Positions 51,272-64,000 of a stretch of DNA of 64,000 nucleotides are shown one piece after another. The position numbers and the translations under genes are program-made. The DNA comes from the human T2T-CHM13v2.0 reference genome, Homo sapiens: assembly GCF_009914755.1 (NCBI RefSeq), contig NC_060932.1; one strand, given 5' to 3'. Position 1 is the stretch's first letter, and each line of letters begins with the position of its first letter. The notes beneath the pieces are model-generated. The model had not been told where the DNA came from. It saw nothing but the letters and a program-made list of their open reading frames with translations, and did not search any database.

Positions 51272-54200
51272 CAGTCATTGATGTTCACAGATGTTCACTA
51301 TGTTTCATGGTTTCCACTAATTGCAGTTGTGATAGCAAAAATCTCCAAAAAGTAACACAGTCAGACTGCAGATACTTCAACTGGATATAAACCGTCTCTT
51401 AGCATCTGATGAATTGTGCATATGCTCAATGCTGAGCTCATTACTGAATGATTAGCAGAGGCAATAGAAAAACAGAGGATGGGGCATGGAAACGATAAGT
51501 GGATAATCTCAACTAAAAATAAAAATTCATGGATCTTTCTAACTTGTTAATCTATCAATAAAAATGCACAATGACATAATAATTAAATCAACCTTACTTA
51601 CCTGTTCAGCTAATCACCTTGCATTGAAAAGAAAATCATTACCATACAAAATACTTTCTTTTAAAGATGTATGTTAGTTAAAGTAAACTTTGAAATCAAG
51701 TTTGCTCAGATAAGACATAGCCTTGAAGTAGGAAAGGGAATGCCAGAAGGGAAGGATGACACCTGCGATGCCTGCTCTGTGCCTGGTGCTTTCTATGCAT
51801 GACTTCAGTTCAGTGTTCCACAAGCCTGGGAAGCACATCAAATTGTTATATTTCCAGTTTCCAAGTAATCTCACTGTGATGCATAAGAAAATTAATTTCT
51901 CCAGAGCCCACATCTAACATGAAGTTATTCAAGCCCATGCTCCCTTGCTGTCTGTGGCCTCCCAACAAGAAATGACAACAATGATCATTTCTGGGAGGGG
52001 GCACGTGCTCTGTGCTCCGACCCTCCAATGTAGTCCTTGCCCAGTGTAGTCCTTGCCCACTGCCTACATTGGTGTAAGATAAGTCCTCATCCAAATAGAG
52101 AATTGGCTTTTCCTGTTATTGTCCCAATTAGGAGTTACCACTATCATTACTTATAAGATTAAAAAAATCGAGAAGATTCTGGAAAATTTCCACTTCATTA
52201 TAAGTTCCTGAAAAAAATTCAGATAGGAAAAAAATTTATACATGTATGTATAAACAGGTAAAGATAAATGCAAATAAAAACATAATAGTAGGCAAAATCT
52301 GTGCCGTTAGATTTTCCTTACCTAATTGAAGGATTACTCTAAAAGCTACTACTGCAAATACAGAAGTGGACACATCTATCTTCACCACAGAATAGTGACA
52401 CTGATACAAAATTAAAATTGTAAAACACAAAAGTTTTCCCAGCTCCGTATCAAACTTTTAAAATATTTCTGTAATTCAGTTCCTTCTGCTCAACCCTATG
52501 GACAATTACTGCATTTGCAGACTTTCTGGAAGAAAAAAGAAGATATGATTGTGGATAATGGGATTTTTTTACAATGATTTATTTTCATGCAAATTTTAAT
52601 GCCAGGAAAATAATCAAATCTGTATTTTGTTGAAAGAAAAAAAAACACAAATGGCTAAAAACTGAATAATGGTTAGACAAATTTAACAATAAAATATTAC
52701 TGTCATTGGGGATGGCAGGTGAAATAGACTAGTATATAAAAAAATATGTAATACAAAGTAGACAGCATGAAAAAGAGGGTCTTGGCTTAATGGAACTAAT
52801 GTCCTTACCACAGGATAAAGTGTAATGCCTTGTCTGAATTTTGGAAAAATTACTCAGTTCCCATGTCACTCCAGCTTGAGAGAATGAAAATCTCAATACC
52901 AACCCAACACAGTACATCACCTTTACTCATTCCAATGTACACCTGAGTGCCCTTGATTTTATGACCAGTGTTGTGGCATCAATTTTGGAAGTATGAGAGT
53001 AGCACCATCACTTGGGGTCAGTCGTTAACAAGATTAGTTACCTTACCTTTACCTTAAATTCTACTCAATGCAATCTCATAGTCAAAATAACATGAGTAGA
53101 ATAGCAATTTGAAAATGAAATTAAGAAAGCAATTCCATTCAGTGTCAATAAAAATAATATATTTAAGATAAAATTAACAAAAGGAATTTAACCTTTGTAC
53201 ACCGAAAAGTGCAAAAGTACAAAATTGTTGACAGAAAGTTAAAAGGACCCAGATAAATCAAAAGACATTCCATGCCCATAGATTGGAATAGTTCATATTA
53301 ACATGACAAGAATGCCCAAAATCGATCAACAGATCCAACTCAGTCTCTATCAAAATCCCAGCTGGTTTCTTTGCAGAAATTGGCAAGCTCATCCCAAAAT
53401 GTATATGGGATGTACCCAGAATAGCCAAAACAGTCTAGAAAAAGAACAAAACTGGCAGACCTAACATTTCCCTAATTTCAAAACTTATCATGAAACTGCA
53501 TAATAAGAAAGTGTGGCACTGGCATAAAGATAGACATATAGACTATCACAAAAAAAAAAAAAACTGAAAGACTAAAAATGAATAGATTTTCAACAATAGT
53601 GCCACAACAATTGGGAGAAAGAATAGTCATTTTAATAAATAATACTAAAATACCTGTACAAGAATGAAGTTAGACCCTTAGCCTACAATGTATATAAAAA
53701 TTAACTCAAAATAGATTATAGACCTAAACATAGGTGCCAAAACTATTAAACTGATGGAGAACACATAAGTGAATATTTGAGACCTTGTGTGAGGCAATAG
53801 TTCTTAGATATAATAGCAAAAGTACGAGAAAAAAAGAAAAAATAGGTAAATTCAACTTCATGAAAATTACAACTTTTTGTGCTTCAGAGAACATCATCCA
53901 AAAAAGTGAAAAGGTAATGCACAGAATGGGGGAAAATATTTGCAAGTCGTATATTCAATAGGGAATTTTACCCAAAATATATAAGGAATTTTTATAACTC
54001 AATAAAAGGAAAAATAATTTTAAATTGTCAAAGGAATTAAATAGACATTTCTCCAAAAAAAAGATGTACAAATGGCCAATAAGCACAAGAAATTATGTTT
54101 AACATCATTAGTTGTTAAGGAAATAAAAATCAAAACCACAATGAGATGTCATTTTCCACCTTCTAGGAATTCTGAAATAAGAAAGACAGTCAATACCAAG

Positions 54201-54335
54201 TGTTTGTAGGATGTGGAGAAACTGGAAATCTCATGCATTGCTATTAGGAACATAAAATGATACAGACTCTTTGGAAAATCATCTTGCATTTCCTCAACAT
54301 GTTAATCACAGAGTTACCTCATGACCCAGCAATTC

Positions 54336-55396
54336 TGTTACCAGGAACTGTAAGACTCCTCAGCTCTTCTCTAACTTGAGATAAAGAATTTGGCCAAGAA
54401 GCAACTAGTAATCTAAGCGAAAGGATTATTAAGAAGTTAAGAGGACACTGTAAAAGGGGAGCAGGCTGACCTCTCTGGAAAACAGCTCTGAACTGGTCTA
54501 CTTGGAATAATAGCAGAAGCAGTGTTTATTTAAAGAGACAGTAGTACACTCTGAAAGAAAAGCCAGCAGCAGCCAGTGCTGAGGGACTCTATAAGAATCT
54601 TACATAATTATTCATGATGGGGTATGAGGGGGTGTCACTTGCAACCATGTTTCAGGCAGAAATATCTGAGACGGGGTAATTTATAAAGAAAAGAGGTTTA
54701 ATTAGCTCACGGTTCCACAAGCTGTACAGGAAGCATGGCTGGAGTGGCCTTAGGAAACTTACAATTATGGTGGAAGGTGAAGGGGAAGCCAACATATCTT
54801 ACATGACCAAATCAGGAGGAAGAGAGTCAGGGAGAAAGTGCTACACACTTTAAAACAATCAGATCTCGTGAGAACTCATGCACTGTCATGAGAAGAGCAA
54901 GGAGGAAATCCACAAAACATGATCCAGTCACCTCCAACCAGGCCCTGCCTCCAACACTGGGGATTACAATTTGACATGAGATTTGGGCAGGGACATAGAC
55001 CCAAACGATATCAGGCAGTCCCCTTGTGGGCACGTGCTCTGTGGTTGTGCATGCTAATACATGTGTTACGTGTTTCATTAGCATTTAAAATCTCCACCCA
55101 GGTGTGTGGTTTTTACTATTATAATGAGCAAAACAGTACTCTAGGGCAAGTTATTGGAGGAGTACACATGCTCATCAGTGAGCAAAGACGCTACACCATG
55201 ATTATCTCCAACTAGAGCCATCCCCTTCAGGGCTGGAGGAGCCCAACCACAAGGCCATGCATAGCCAATGTAGCCATTGTCTTTTTTGGTGACTCTCGGT
55301 GGGCAGTGTTGACTATCAGAGGGCAGCATTTCCAGGACTTCTTTTCCCAGGGGCTTTCTTGCCATGCTCATTTCTGACTATCTGCCTATTCTAATA
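54336..55396 (-). mobile_element. ERV1-class solo LTR (subfamily uncertain), interrupted by MSTA
   Basis: Interrupts the L1 at aattc|cactcc with 4-bp TSD attc/gttc; termini tgtta...ctatctgcctattctaata; cattagcatttaaaatctccaccc motif. Confidence 0.75.
54660..55013 (-). mobile_element. MSTA-like MaLR LTR with terminal ~30 bp missing
   Basis: gggtaatttataaagaaaagaggtttaattagctcacggttcc...gagatttgggcagggacatagacccaaacgatatca; TSD ggcag. Confidence 0.88.
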
Positions 55397-56373
55397 GTTC
55401 CACTCCTAGATATATACTCAAGAGAAATAAAAGCATATGTCCACACAAAAATATGGACATGAATGCTCACATCAGCTCTGCTCACAATAGCCAAAAAGTA
55501 AAAACAAACCAAAAACTCTATCAAGTGATGAATGGATAGAATGTGATATAACTATACAGTGGCATATTATTCAGCAATAAAAAGCAATATAGTACTTATA
55601 TATGCCACACATGGAAAAACCTTATAAATATTATGCTAAGAGAAAGAAGCAAAACACTTGAGCCACATATCATATGATTTCACTTATATGAAAAGTCAAA
55701 AGGCAAATTCATAGAATTGATAAGTAGTTCCCAGAGAATAATTTAAAAAAAAAAAGAACTAAGAAGTGACTTTAAGGACTTTCTTCTAGGGGTGATTAAA
55801 ATATTCTAAAACTGAATAGTGGCAATCCTTGCCTGACTCTGTGACTATACAAAAGCCAATGAATTCCTCACTTTCAGTGGGTAAAATTATGTCTCATTAA
55901 ATGTGAATTATATCTCTTGAAAGCTGTTATTTTATGAAAAGTATGAAACAACAAAGAAAAGATTTAAAATTTGAATATACTACAGCTAAAGCCTTTAGTT
56001 TATCAAAAGAGCACCATTACAAGAATGAAAGGTGAACCCGTAGAACAGAAGACATTCATGAAACATGTAGGTCTGGAAAATCAGTCATCGCCAGAATTTA
56101 TAAGGAATTTTTAGAAACTAAGAAAAAGAGAGAAAAAGCAAGCCAGTAGAAATATGGGCAAGACTTACACAGATACTTCACAGAAGATGTCAAATGAAAA
56201 ACCTAATAAAAGATGCTCAGCATCATTAGTCATCAGGAAAGTAAAAATTAAATTCACAAAGTGAAGCTGCGAAACACTGATTAGAATAGGTAAAATGAAA
56301 ATGAGATAAAACATCAAAAATACAGGAGGATTAGGAGCAAAGGGAATTCTGATATACTACTTGAGTGATACAA

Positions 56374-56499
56374 TTTTTTTATTATTTATTTAATTTTAAA
56401 GATGGGAGAATGTCGTTCTGCTGACCAGGCTGGTCTCAAACTTCTGACCTCAAGACATCCTCCCACCTCAGCCTCCCAAGTCGTTAGGAATATAGGCAT
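56374..56499 (-). mobile_element. FLAM-type Alu monomer, truncated
   Basis: ccaggctggtctcaaacttctgacctcaag...cctcccacctcagcctcccaag. Confidence 0.85.
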
Positions 56500-56597
56500 C
56501 TAGAAAAACTCTAATTATCTACTAAAAGTTAACATACAGATACCATGATACAACAATTCTTTTTTTAGGTATATATGCAACAGAAACTACGTCAAAA

Positions 56598-56916
56598 GGC
56601 CAAGCATGGTGGCTCATGAATGTAATCCCAGCACTTCGGGAGGCTGAGGCAGGAGGATTGCTTAAGGCCAAGAGTTTGAGACCAGGCTGGGCAACACAGT
56701 GAGACCCTGTCTTTACAAAAAATAAATTTAGCCTGGCATAGTGGCATATGCCTGTAATCCCAGCTACTCAGGAGGCTAAGACAGGAGGGCTGCTTCAGCC
56801 AGAAGGTTGAGGATATAGTAAGCCATGATTGCACCACCACACTCCAGCCTGGGTGGCAGAGCGAGACTACATCTAAAAACAAAACAAAACAAAAAAAGAA
56901 AGAAAGGAAAAAAGAG
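56598..56916 (+). mobile_element. AluJ
   Basis: ggaggattgcttaaggcc, gagaccctgtct, agccatgattgcacc; TSD agaaactacgtcaaaa/agaaattacatcagaa. Confidence 0.95.
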
Positions 56917-59074
56917 AGAAATTACATCAGAAGAGAAATATGAGAATGTTAATAACAATACCATTTGTAAAAACCCCAAACTGGAAATAACCCCCAAATT
57001 TATCAAGAGTTAAATGAATAAATAAGTTATGAAATATTCACTTAATAGGAAGTGAATGAATGAACTGCTATATAGAACAAACAGGATAATTCTCACAAAT
57101 GTAATTTTGAACAAAGAAGCCCATTACCAAAATGAATATATTCTAAGATTTTATCCAAATAAAGCTTAAAATCAGGAAAACTTGTCAATAGCAATAGAAA
57201 ATGGAATAGTAGTTACCCTTATAGAAAGGAGTTTTGACTGGGAAGAGATACAAGGAAGATTTATTGAATATTAGGGATGGTCTATTTATTTCTCAGGGTG
57301 GAAATTAATCAAGCTATATTCTTATATCTCTATATTTAACATATGTATATTAACTTCAAAAAAAGTTTGCCTTAAAAATTCACACAGTCATTACACAAGT
57401 TTATCGCATATCACATATAGTTTTAGAAAAGTATTCAAGAGTTTGCCAATACATTTTTCGAGACAGAAATCATTTAGGTTATGAATCCCTGAATATATAA
57501 TAAATTCATTAAATCTGGATTAGTAATACAAGTTTTATAATGTTTAAATCCACCTAGAAATTTCAATTCACTATTATAAACAACTTCCAGATAAAAGTGG
57601 AAATTAAATCAGCTTTTACAGAAAATATAGAAAATGATACAGAACATCTTACTCAGAACAACCCATGGAGATATGGCCAAAACTACACATATAGTAAAAT
57701 TATTTTGACTTGTCTCATAATTGTAAGAGAAAGATCAAAAATAAATGAACTAAGTTTTCAACTCAAGAATCTATAAGAACAATGAACAAAGTCTAATACA
57801 AGTAGGAGGTAAACAATATTAAAGAGAAAAGTAGAAATTATTAAATTTGGAAACAGAACATCATCGATAAATTATCCCCTAAATTTTAAAAGCTAATAAC
57901 AATATTTTTAAAAAACATAGAGACAGAAAGAGAGAGAAAAAAGGATCCTGTGTTCCCTAGGCACCACTCTTCTCCCTCTGCTCCTCCCTAGTAAGAACAA
58001 TGGCATTCAATCTATGATCCAAATAAGGGCTGAGCCATGTCTGTAGAAATGCTCCCTAGATGGATTGGACATTATGCCTGTCCTTTTGATAATTGCTTAT
58101 TTATGGAGAGAGATGTTATCTCAGAATTCTACTATTCACATGACCTTAGATATCCAACAGATTAAACAGAGGAAACAGGTCTGTTTTGAATCCAGTTCAC
58201 ATCAGTTATATGATTCAAGTCTAAATACTTGAATCAAGTGTTTGCGTAGCTGCTAAGTTAGATAAATACTTTGGTGGTGTTGAAAGAGCAGTGAGTTTAG
58301 ACCAGAGTCAGAGAACTTGGGACCATGACTTTTTCATTATTTATCTCTGATCTTGGACAAATCATTGTACTTATTATTGTACTTTGTTATCCTACTTCCC
58401 TCTCAGGTATCTTTGAATACCGCCCCCCACCTACCCATCCATGGAAAGATGGGATGAACTGCCATTTGTGAGTAGAGGGAGGAGCAGAGAGAGAAGAGTG
58501 GTGTCTAGAAACATGGGATCCCTTTTTCTTTCTCTTTCTCTCTCTCTGTGTTTTTTTAAAAATATTGTTATTAGCTTTTAAAATTTAGGGGCTAATTCAT
58601 TGATGATGTTCTGTTTCCAAGTTTAATAATTTCTACTTGAACCATCATAATAGAACAGCATACCATCTCTTCATCAAATATTTATCAAATGCCCTTGTTC
58701 AGTGCCATGGAATACCTCCTTTGCAGGACTTTTTCAGAGACTGGTGACTCTGAACATTTTACTCACTGTTCACTTTTTCAAAAGCCCAACTTGGACAAAC
58801 AATCTCCAACAAAGACAGCCTCAATGACATGTTATCTATATACATCTCTAAGCATTTTAAGTAGATAATAGTTACAAGTCAGGTTATAGAAATATGACAT
58901 ACCTAGATCACACTAACTTAGCTTATTGCCCAGGAAAGAATCATGTTTACCATAACATTTGCAACTAATTTGGACGTACTGGCATATGTCTTAGACTCAA
59001 ATCAGAAATAGCTCTAAGAAAATAACTTTTTATTCATTTAGGGTTATTGTTGGGACATTTTCCATCATGCTATT

Positions 59075-59740
59075 TATATTAGTTCACTTTTACACTGCTA
59101 TAAAGATACTACCTGAGACTGGGTAATTTATAAAGAAAAGAGGTTTCACTGGCCAAGTGCGGTGGCTCAAGCCTGTAATTCCGGCACTTTGGGAGGCGGG
59201 CGGATCACCTGAGGTCCAGAGTTCAAGACCAGCCTGACCAACATGGTGAAACCCTGTCTCTACTAAAAATACAAAAAACTAGCTAGGCATGGTGGCATAT
59301 GCCTGTAATCCCAGCTACTCATGAGGCTGAGGCAGGAGAATCGCTTGAACCTGGGAGGAGAGGTTGCAGTGAGCTGAGATCGTGCCATTGCACTCCAGCC
59401 TGGGCAACAAGAGCAAAACTCCACTTCAAAAAAAAAAAGAAAGAGAGAGGTTTAATTGACTCATAGTTCCACATGGCTGGGGAGGCCTCAGAAAAATTAC
59501 AGTCATGGCAGAAGGTGAAGGGGAAGCAGAAACCTTCTTCACAAGGTGGCAGGAAAGAGAGCGAGTGAGGAAGTGCCACACTTTAAAACTATCACCTCTT
59601 GTGAGAACTCATTATCATGAGAACAACATGGGGGAAACCGCCTCCATAATCCAATCACCTCCACCAGGTCCCTCCCTCGACACGTGGGGATTACCATTCC
59701 AGATGAGATTTGGGTGGGGACACAGAGCCAAACTGTATCA
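59075..59740 (-). mobile_element. THE1D/MSTA solo LTR interrupted by Alu
   Basis: tatattagttc...ctgctataaagatactacctgagactggg ... gggtggggacacagagccaaactgtatca; perfect TSD ctatt (59070-74, 59741-45). Confidence 0.92.
59151..59440 (+). mobile_element. AluSp/Sq-like
   Basis: cctgaccaac, gccattg, caacaagagcaaaact; 6-bp deletion in left arm; TSD around agaggtttcact/agaggtttaatt. Confidence 0.95.
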
Positions 59741-59979
59741 CTATTCAATACCTCCTGCATGAAGTCCCACATGACAAATTCCTTTTGAAACTTAGCAAAA
59801 CTTTGTCTTCTTTGAGGTATGGATATTTGACTTGTATATCTTTCCATTAGATATTAAGTATTATGTAAAACAGGTTATTTCCCATTTTAGTTGTGTTAGC
59901 CAGGGCCTTTTAAGTCAAATTCAGTGTCCAATGATGTGGTTAATACTCTGGCCTATTTATCTATTTTTGTTGGAGAATG

Positions 59980-60222
59980 AGTATAATGTAGTGGCTAAGA
60001 ATGAGCTCTATGGAATCACAGTGCATGCACTCAAATTGGAGCTCAGCCACTTAGCAGCTATATGACCTTTGACAATTTATATAGCTGCTCTAACCCTGAG
60101 TTTCTTTATCTGTAAAATTGAGATAACAGTAACACCTACCTTATGGGATTTTGTGAAGATTAAATAAGCAAAACCACATAAAACACTTATTCTCAACACT
60201 TGGCACATTGTACTCAGTATTT
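59980..60222 (+). mobile_element. MIR, near full length
   Basis: gtagtggctaaga...gccacttagcagctatatgacctt...tctgtaaaattgagataacagtaacacctacc...tggcaca. Confidence 0.85.
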
Positions 60223-61204
60223 TTTTCTCATTTCATATTTGTCCGTTATTATAAGCTACTTCTAATTTATTTAAATGCTGCATTTTAACTGCTAACATTT
60301 ACTGTATGGACACTAACCACCAGCTAGGGTTACAGTGTGTGTTCACTGCTCTACACTGAATCTCTACTAATGGTAAGTTAATTAGTCATGAGAAATAACT
60401 GTATTAGCTGTTAGGTTTGCAGCAAAAAATTCCGTGCAAGAAAAAAGACCCAAAAAGTGAAATCCTATAAACCATGTAATTCCCACCATCTGATGGGTGG
60501 AAATCATAAAATTTGCTATCACATAAATTTGTGGGAAAAAACAAAAGACATCATACATACATGGTAAAGAGTGTCAGGAATATTATTCTTCTCTGGTTTA
60601 ATATGGATGAAAATACTATAAAATACGAGTGCAGAAATAGTCATTCTATATAAGCGAAAACAATCCTAACTCAACAAAACAGGAAAAATAAAGTTGTAAG
60701 GAACTGGATGAGCTTATCCAAAAAGGAAGAGAAAAGGTGAGGAAAGCACATTCTCCCCAATTTCTGGGAAGAGCACCAACACTTAAAAACATGATTGTGG
60801 GAGAATCATTTTTTATTTCTATGAACTTGAGGCCAAGGCATCAATGTTGACTGATCAGGAATCCTATGTTTGGTGAGAGTATGTATTTCCTTGCTGTTGG
60901 TCATGTATGTCAGGGTCCATAAACATAACACCTTAAGGCCTAATCGTTTCTGTAACAAGTATAACCCCATGGAATTCATGTTCATTATTTTTCAGAAGAC
61001 AATCCAAACTCTTTAGCATTCCACCCTTTCTTAATTTCAACAGCTTGATGGCTTTGGCAGATCCATTAGACACCAGTTAATGGCAATGCCTAAAAATCTC
61101 ATTTCAGCAAGGTGGTCAGGCATAGTGAAAATAATAATCAAATTTATTCAAATTGCATTGCATGTCCATATATCATACTCATTATTTTATTTACTAAACT
61201 CTTA

Positions 61205-61445
61205 TAATAATAACAGCTCACTATGTACCAGGCACCACTTTTAAGTGCTTCATATATATTATTAACTTTGACAATCATAAGCCTATAAAGCATGACCATT
61301 ATTATCTTTCATTTTATGAATCAGGAAACCAAGGCACAGAGAGGTTAAACAACATTTCCAAATCACTCTCCTGTAAGGAGTAGGGCTAGGATTTGAAGCC
61401 AGGAAAACTAGGTCCAAAGCCCACACCGTCAACCACTACTCTCTA
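61205..61445 (-). mobile_element. MIR
   Basis: actatgtaccaggcac...ggaaaccaaggcacagagaggttaa...gctaggatttgaagccagg. Confidence 0.85.
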
Positions 61446-61559
61446 CTGGCTTATGTGTGTTAGTGTTTGAGATGCAAAATGAAAACAGAAACAAATACAA
61501 AAATTGAACTTCAAAGTAACTGACTGATATGTCTTTTTCTCTTTGTTTATCTGTATAAT

Positions 61560-61780
61560 TAACTCATGTTTTCAAGCTCATCTAACGTAAATGCTGCTTT
61601 ACCCTCAGAGAGAAATAATCTTTCCCTCCTTTGTGTTCCCATGAAACTTGTACATTCTTCTAATCATAGCACTTTCCACAACTGTTCATAATTTTGGTTT
61701 GTCTCTTTCTTTCCCTACTGAGCATAAGCTTTTTTTTATTGTAGAAACTGTGAGTTCATGCTCCTAGTACCTAGCATGGA
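61560..61780 (+). mobile_element. L2 3' fragment
   Basis: catagcactttccacaactgt...ccctactgagcataagct...ctcctagtacctagcatg. Confidence 0.6.
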
Positions 61781-62020
61781 GGAACAGAGTAAGGAGGGAG
61801 GGAGGGAGGGAGGGAAAGAGGAGAAAGGAATGAGGGAAGAAAAGGTGGAAGAGACGATGGATTTGATTCTTCTTTTCCCCATATTACACACTGTTCTTAA
61901 ATATACATAGTATTCAGGAGTTCTTGCCATTTCTCCATTTAGATGATTTATATGTGAAGAGGTTAATTCAGTGCTGTAAATTTAGAACCAATGCATGAAA
62001 ACATTTGTTAAAGTAAAAGT

Positions 62021-62064
<44 letters not shown>

Positions 62065-62086
62065 AACAGACAGGGACAGACAGACA
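62021..62086. repeat. (GA)n(GACA)n microsatellite
   Basis: Seen directly. Confidence 0.95.
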
Positions 62087-63284
62087 CCGACCTGGAAGGA
62101 AGAGGAAGAAGAGAATAAAATAAGGGAACAGCCAAAGGAGTTTTGAGGATACTTTGAAACTGCCTAGACAAAGAAAGGAAAGATGGCTCCTTTTCTCCAC
62201 TTTTGTCCAAAGGAGATACTTAGCTGATTAAAACAGGAGCTGGTTCACTTCCGAGAGACTGCATCACTCTCTATTTATTAACTTTTACCCTAGCTACAGA
62301 TTGAGGTATGCAAACATTTCACTTGTTCAAATATCTCATGTCCTAGAGACAGACATCAATTGCAATTAATTCCACCCTTTCGCTGACTACAGCTATGATC
62401 CCTCTGCCCTTCACCTGTCTTGCTCTTTTCTTTCCATTTGCAAATTTCACTGACCTAATCAACAAAACCATGCAATATAGCCTTAAATTTCCATTTTCTC
62501 TATACTCACAAGCATCATCTCTTCTCCAAACAAAAATTCTGGCAATCTCTACTTCTAAACATCTTACCCAATGGTGCCAAGAAATTACTGTATTGTATTT
62601 CTCCTTCATCTAAAACATAGTCAGCTTCACCAACCTGCAGCTGCCTCACCCACGATACTACTTGTGCATCTGCTTAATGTGCTGCCAAATTCTCTTCTAG
62701 CTGTATATCTAAGCAATATTTTCTACTTTGAGAGTTTTTTCAGCTGGGCCAAAGGTTTGTTTAACTTTCCTATAAATGTCATTCCAGTGGCTGAGATGGA
62801 TTGGTTTGGAGGAACCCAGAGCCATTACCAGGCTGACCCAAGAGACCCAACATTCTAGCAACAGAGCCCATGTCTTGGAGCTGGCAATACACAGCCTCTA
62901 TGGATTTTACATAATGAAATGATGAAAGCTATTTAGTACTGCAGTATATTTCATGCATTAATCTAATAGCATTTTTAAAGCCAGTTCCCTACTCTTGTCT
63001 CCCTGGAATAGAAAAGCCATCTGCACCAACCCAGAATAATTTATTAAAGACTTATGAAAAAACAGAGGTGTATTTTCTCTCCTTTATTATTTCACTTGGT
63101 TTTATTTTTTTCAGATCCATTTTCACCATATTTTTCTATGTATGATTTTATTTTTCTGGTTTAATTGCCTCATGAACACGACTTTAAAATAAAGTCCATG
63201 AAACTGAGCTCTAAGAATTGAAAAAAAGAAAGCCCAACGTTTCCCTCTTTACCATACTTCATGTTAGAATGATGGGATAAAAAA

Positions 63285-63455
63285 ACATGGGTTTTAGAAT
63301 TCAGCAACCTTCTTCTTAGATGAAGTTACTTAACCTTGATAAGCCTTAGTTTTTTCATCTGTAAAATGAAAATGATAATACCTACTTTTCCAGGCTATGC
63401 GAGAATTAAATTCAATAATGAATATGTACAAAGTCTCTGGTGTCAGGCATATACG
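63285..63455 (+). mobile_element. MIR
   Basis: aagttacttaacc...gccttagttttttcatctgtaaaatgaaaatgataatacctac. Confidence 0.8.
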
Positions 63456-64000
63456 CTATTCTGTGTCAATGAAAGCTGATACTGAAGAACACATAGGTCT
63501 CAGATAATTTTTGCAACTCTCTTCTCTCTGATTACTGCTTTAACATCTCAGAGAGTCATTAGGGAGGGGAGGAGAAAGGACGCAGGGCACCAAACATCAG
63601 AGCAGTTTAGTAATGTGATAGTTACCCAGTCTGCAATAATTTATCCCTTCTGGACTGTCCAGGTGGTCACTCCAGCAGCAGGTCAACTGGACTGCACTAG
63701 GGGAGCCTTGGCAAGGCAGATAGGGGGAGAGGGGAGAAAAGCTGGTGAATTGAGGAACAAGTTAGGCTTTTTCAATGAGGCTTCTCTTTCGGGTAGTTAT
63801 AGAACACTTCTCTAAGCTGGGTTAGAGCAGTATGTGGGTCTCCAAAGACTTTTTTTTAAATATGTTTATTTTTTACCTTAGTATGAAACTAATCTTAGTT
63901 TTCTAAATTCATTTTCACCATATTTGGGGCTCTAGAATTTTCATTTAAAAAGTCATCAAAGTTTCAGCCTCTCCAATATCTGTTGCGTATATTTCTTAAA

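Larger units (their letters stand above)
53100..55935 (+). mobile_element. L1MB-type ORF2 C-terminal region and 3'UTR hosting nested LTRs
   Basis: gaaaatgaaattaagaaagcaattcc...aagacattccatgccca...atgacccagcaattc|cactcctaga...gtgaattatatctc. Confidence 0.88.
55950..57365 (+). mobile_element. L1ME-type 3' region
   Basis: aaatatgggcaagact...gatgctcagcatcattagtcatcagg...aaactggaaataaccc...aatagtagttaccctt. Confidence 0.7.

Noticed and set aside
51596-51620. Perfect minus-strand donor CAG|GTAAGT
   Set aside because: Only a weak AAG acceptor nearby; an isolated 9-mer match is unremarkable in 64 kb
55313-55328. CTCF-like ctatcagagggcagca (weaker ones near 11140 and 26205)
   Set aside because: Mismatches at key 5' core positions; motif alone is insufficient

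Overview
Primate, most likely human or great-ape, non-coding genomic DNA (an L1PA2 copy and AluY copies are present). It is AT-rich and CpG-depleted, with no CpG island and no recognisable protein-coding gene; it reads as a gene desert or the inside of a long intron. About half the window is interspersed repeat: about 13 Alu-family copies, many MIR/L2 relics, old L1M pieces, young truncated L1PA copies, about 12 LTRs (THE1/MST, MLT1, MLT2, LTR16, MER41A, MER41B, one other ERV1-type LTR) and Tigger3a/MER5 DNA transposons. The ORF track is explained by repeats or chance. Best observations: (1) a MER41B solo LTR with both tandem GAS/STAT1 motifs intact, 7 kb from a GAS-less MER41A; (2) an inverted copy of part of an LTR16, 37/38 nt identical, each copy carrying a pyrimidine-tract-CAG|GTRAG motif; (3) a 32-nt tailless U2 snRNA retropseudogene with a 16-bp TSD; (4) a THE1 LTR with intact DUX4 motif, TATA and splice donor, pointing at three phase-compatible minus-strand candidate exons; (5) a 93-bp tandem duplication in which only one copy carries an Alu. 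Subfamily names come from remembered consensus sequences, not from a database search, and boundaries of old repeats are approximate. I found no firm evidence of a novel biological system; the regulatory and transcript ideas are hypotheses.
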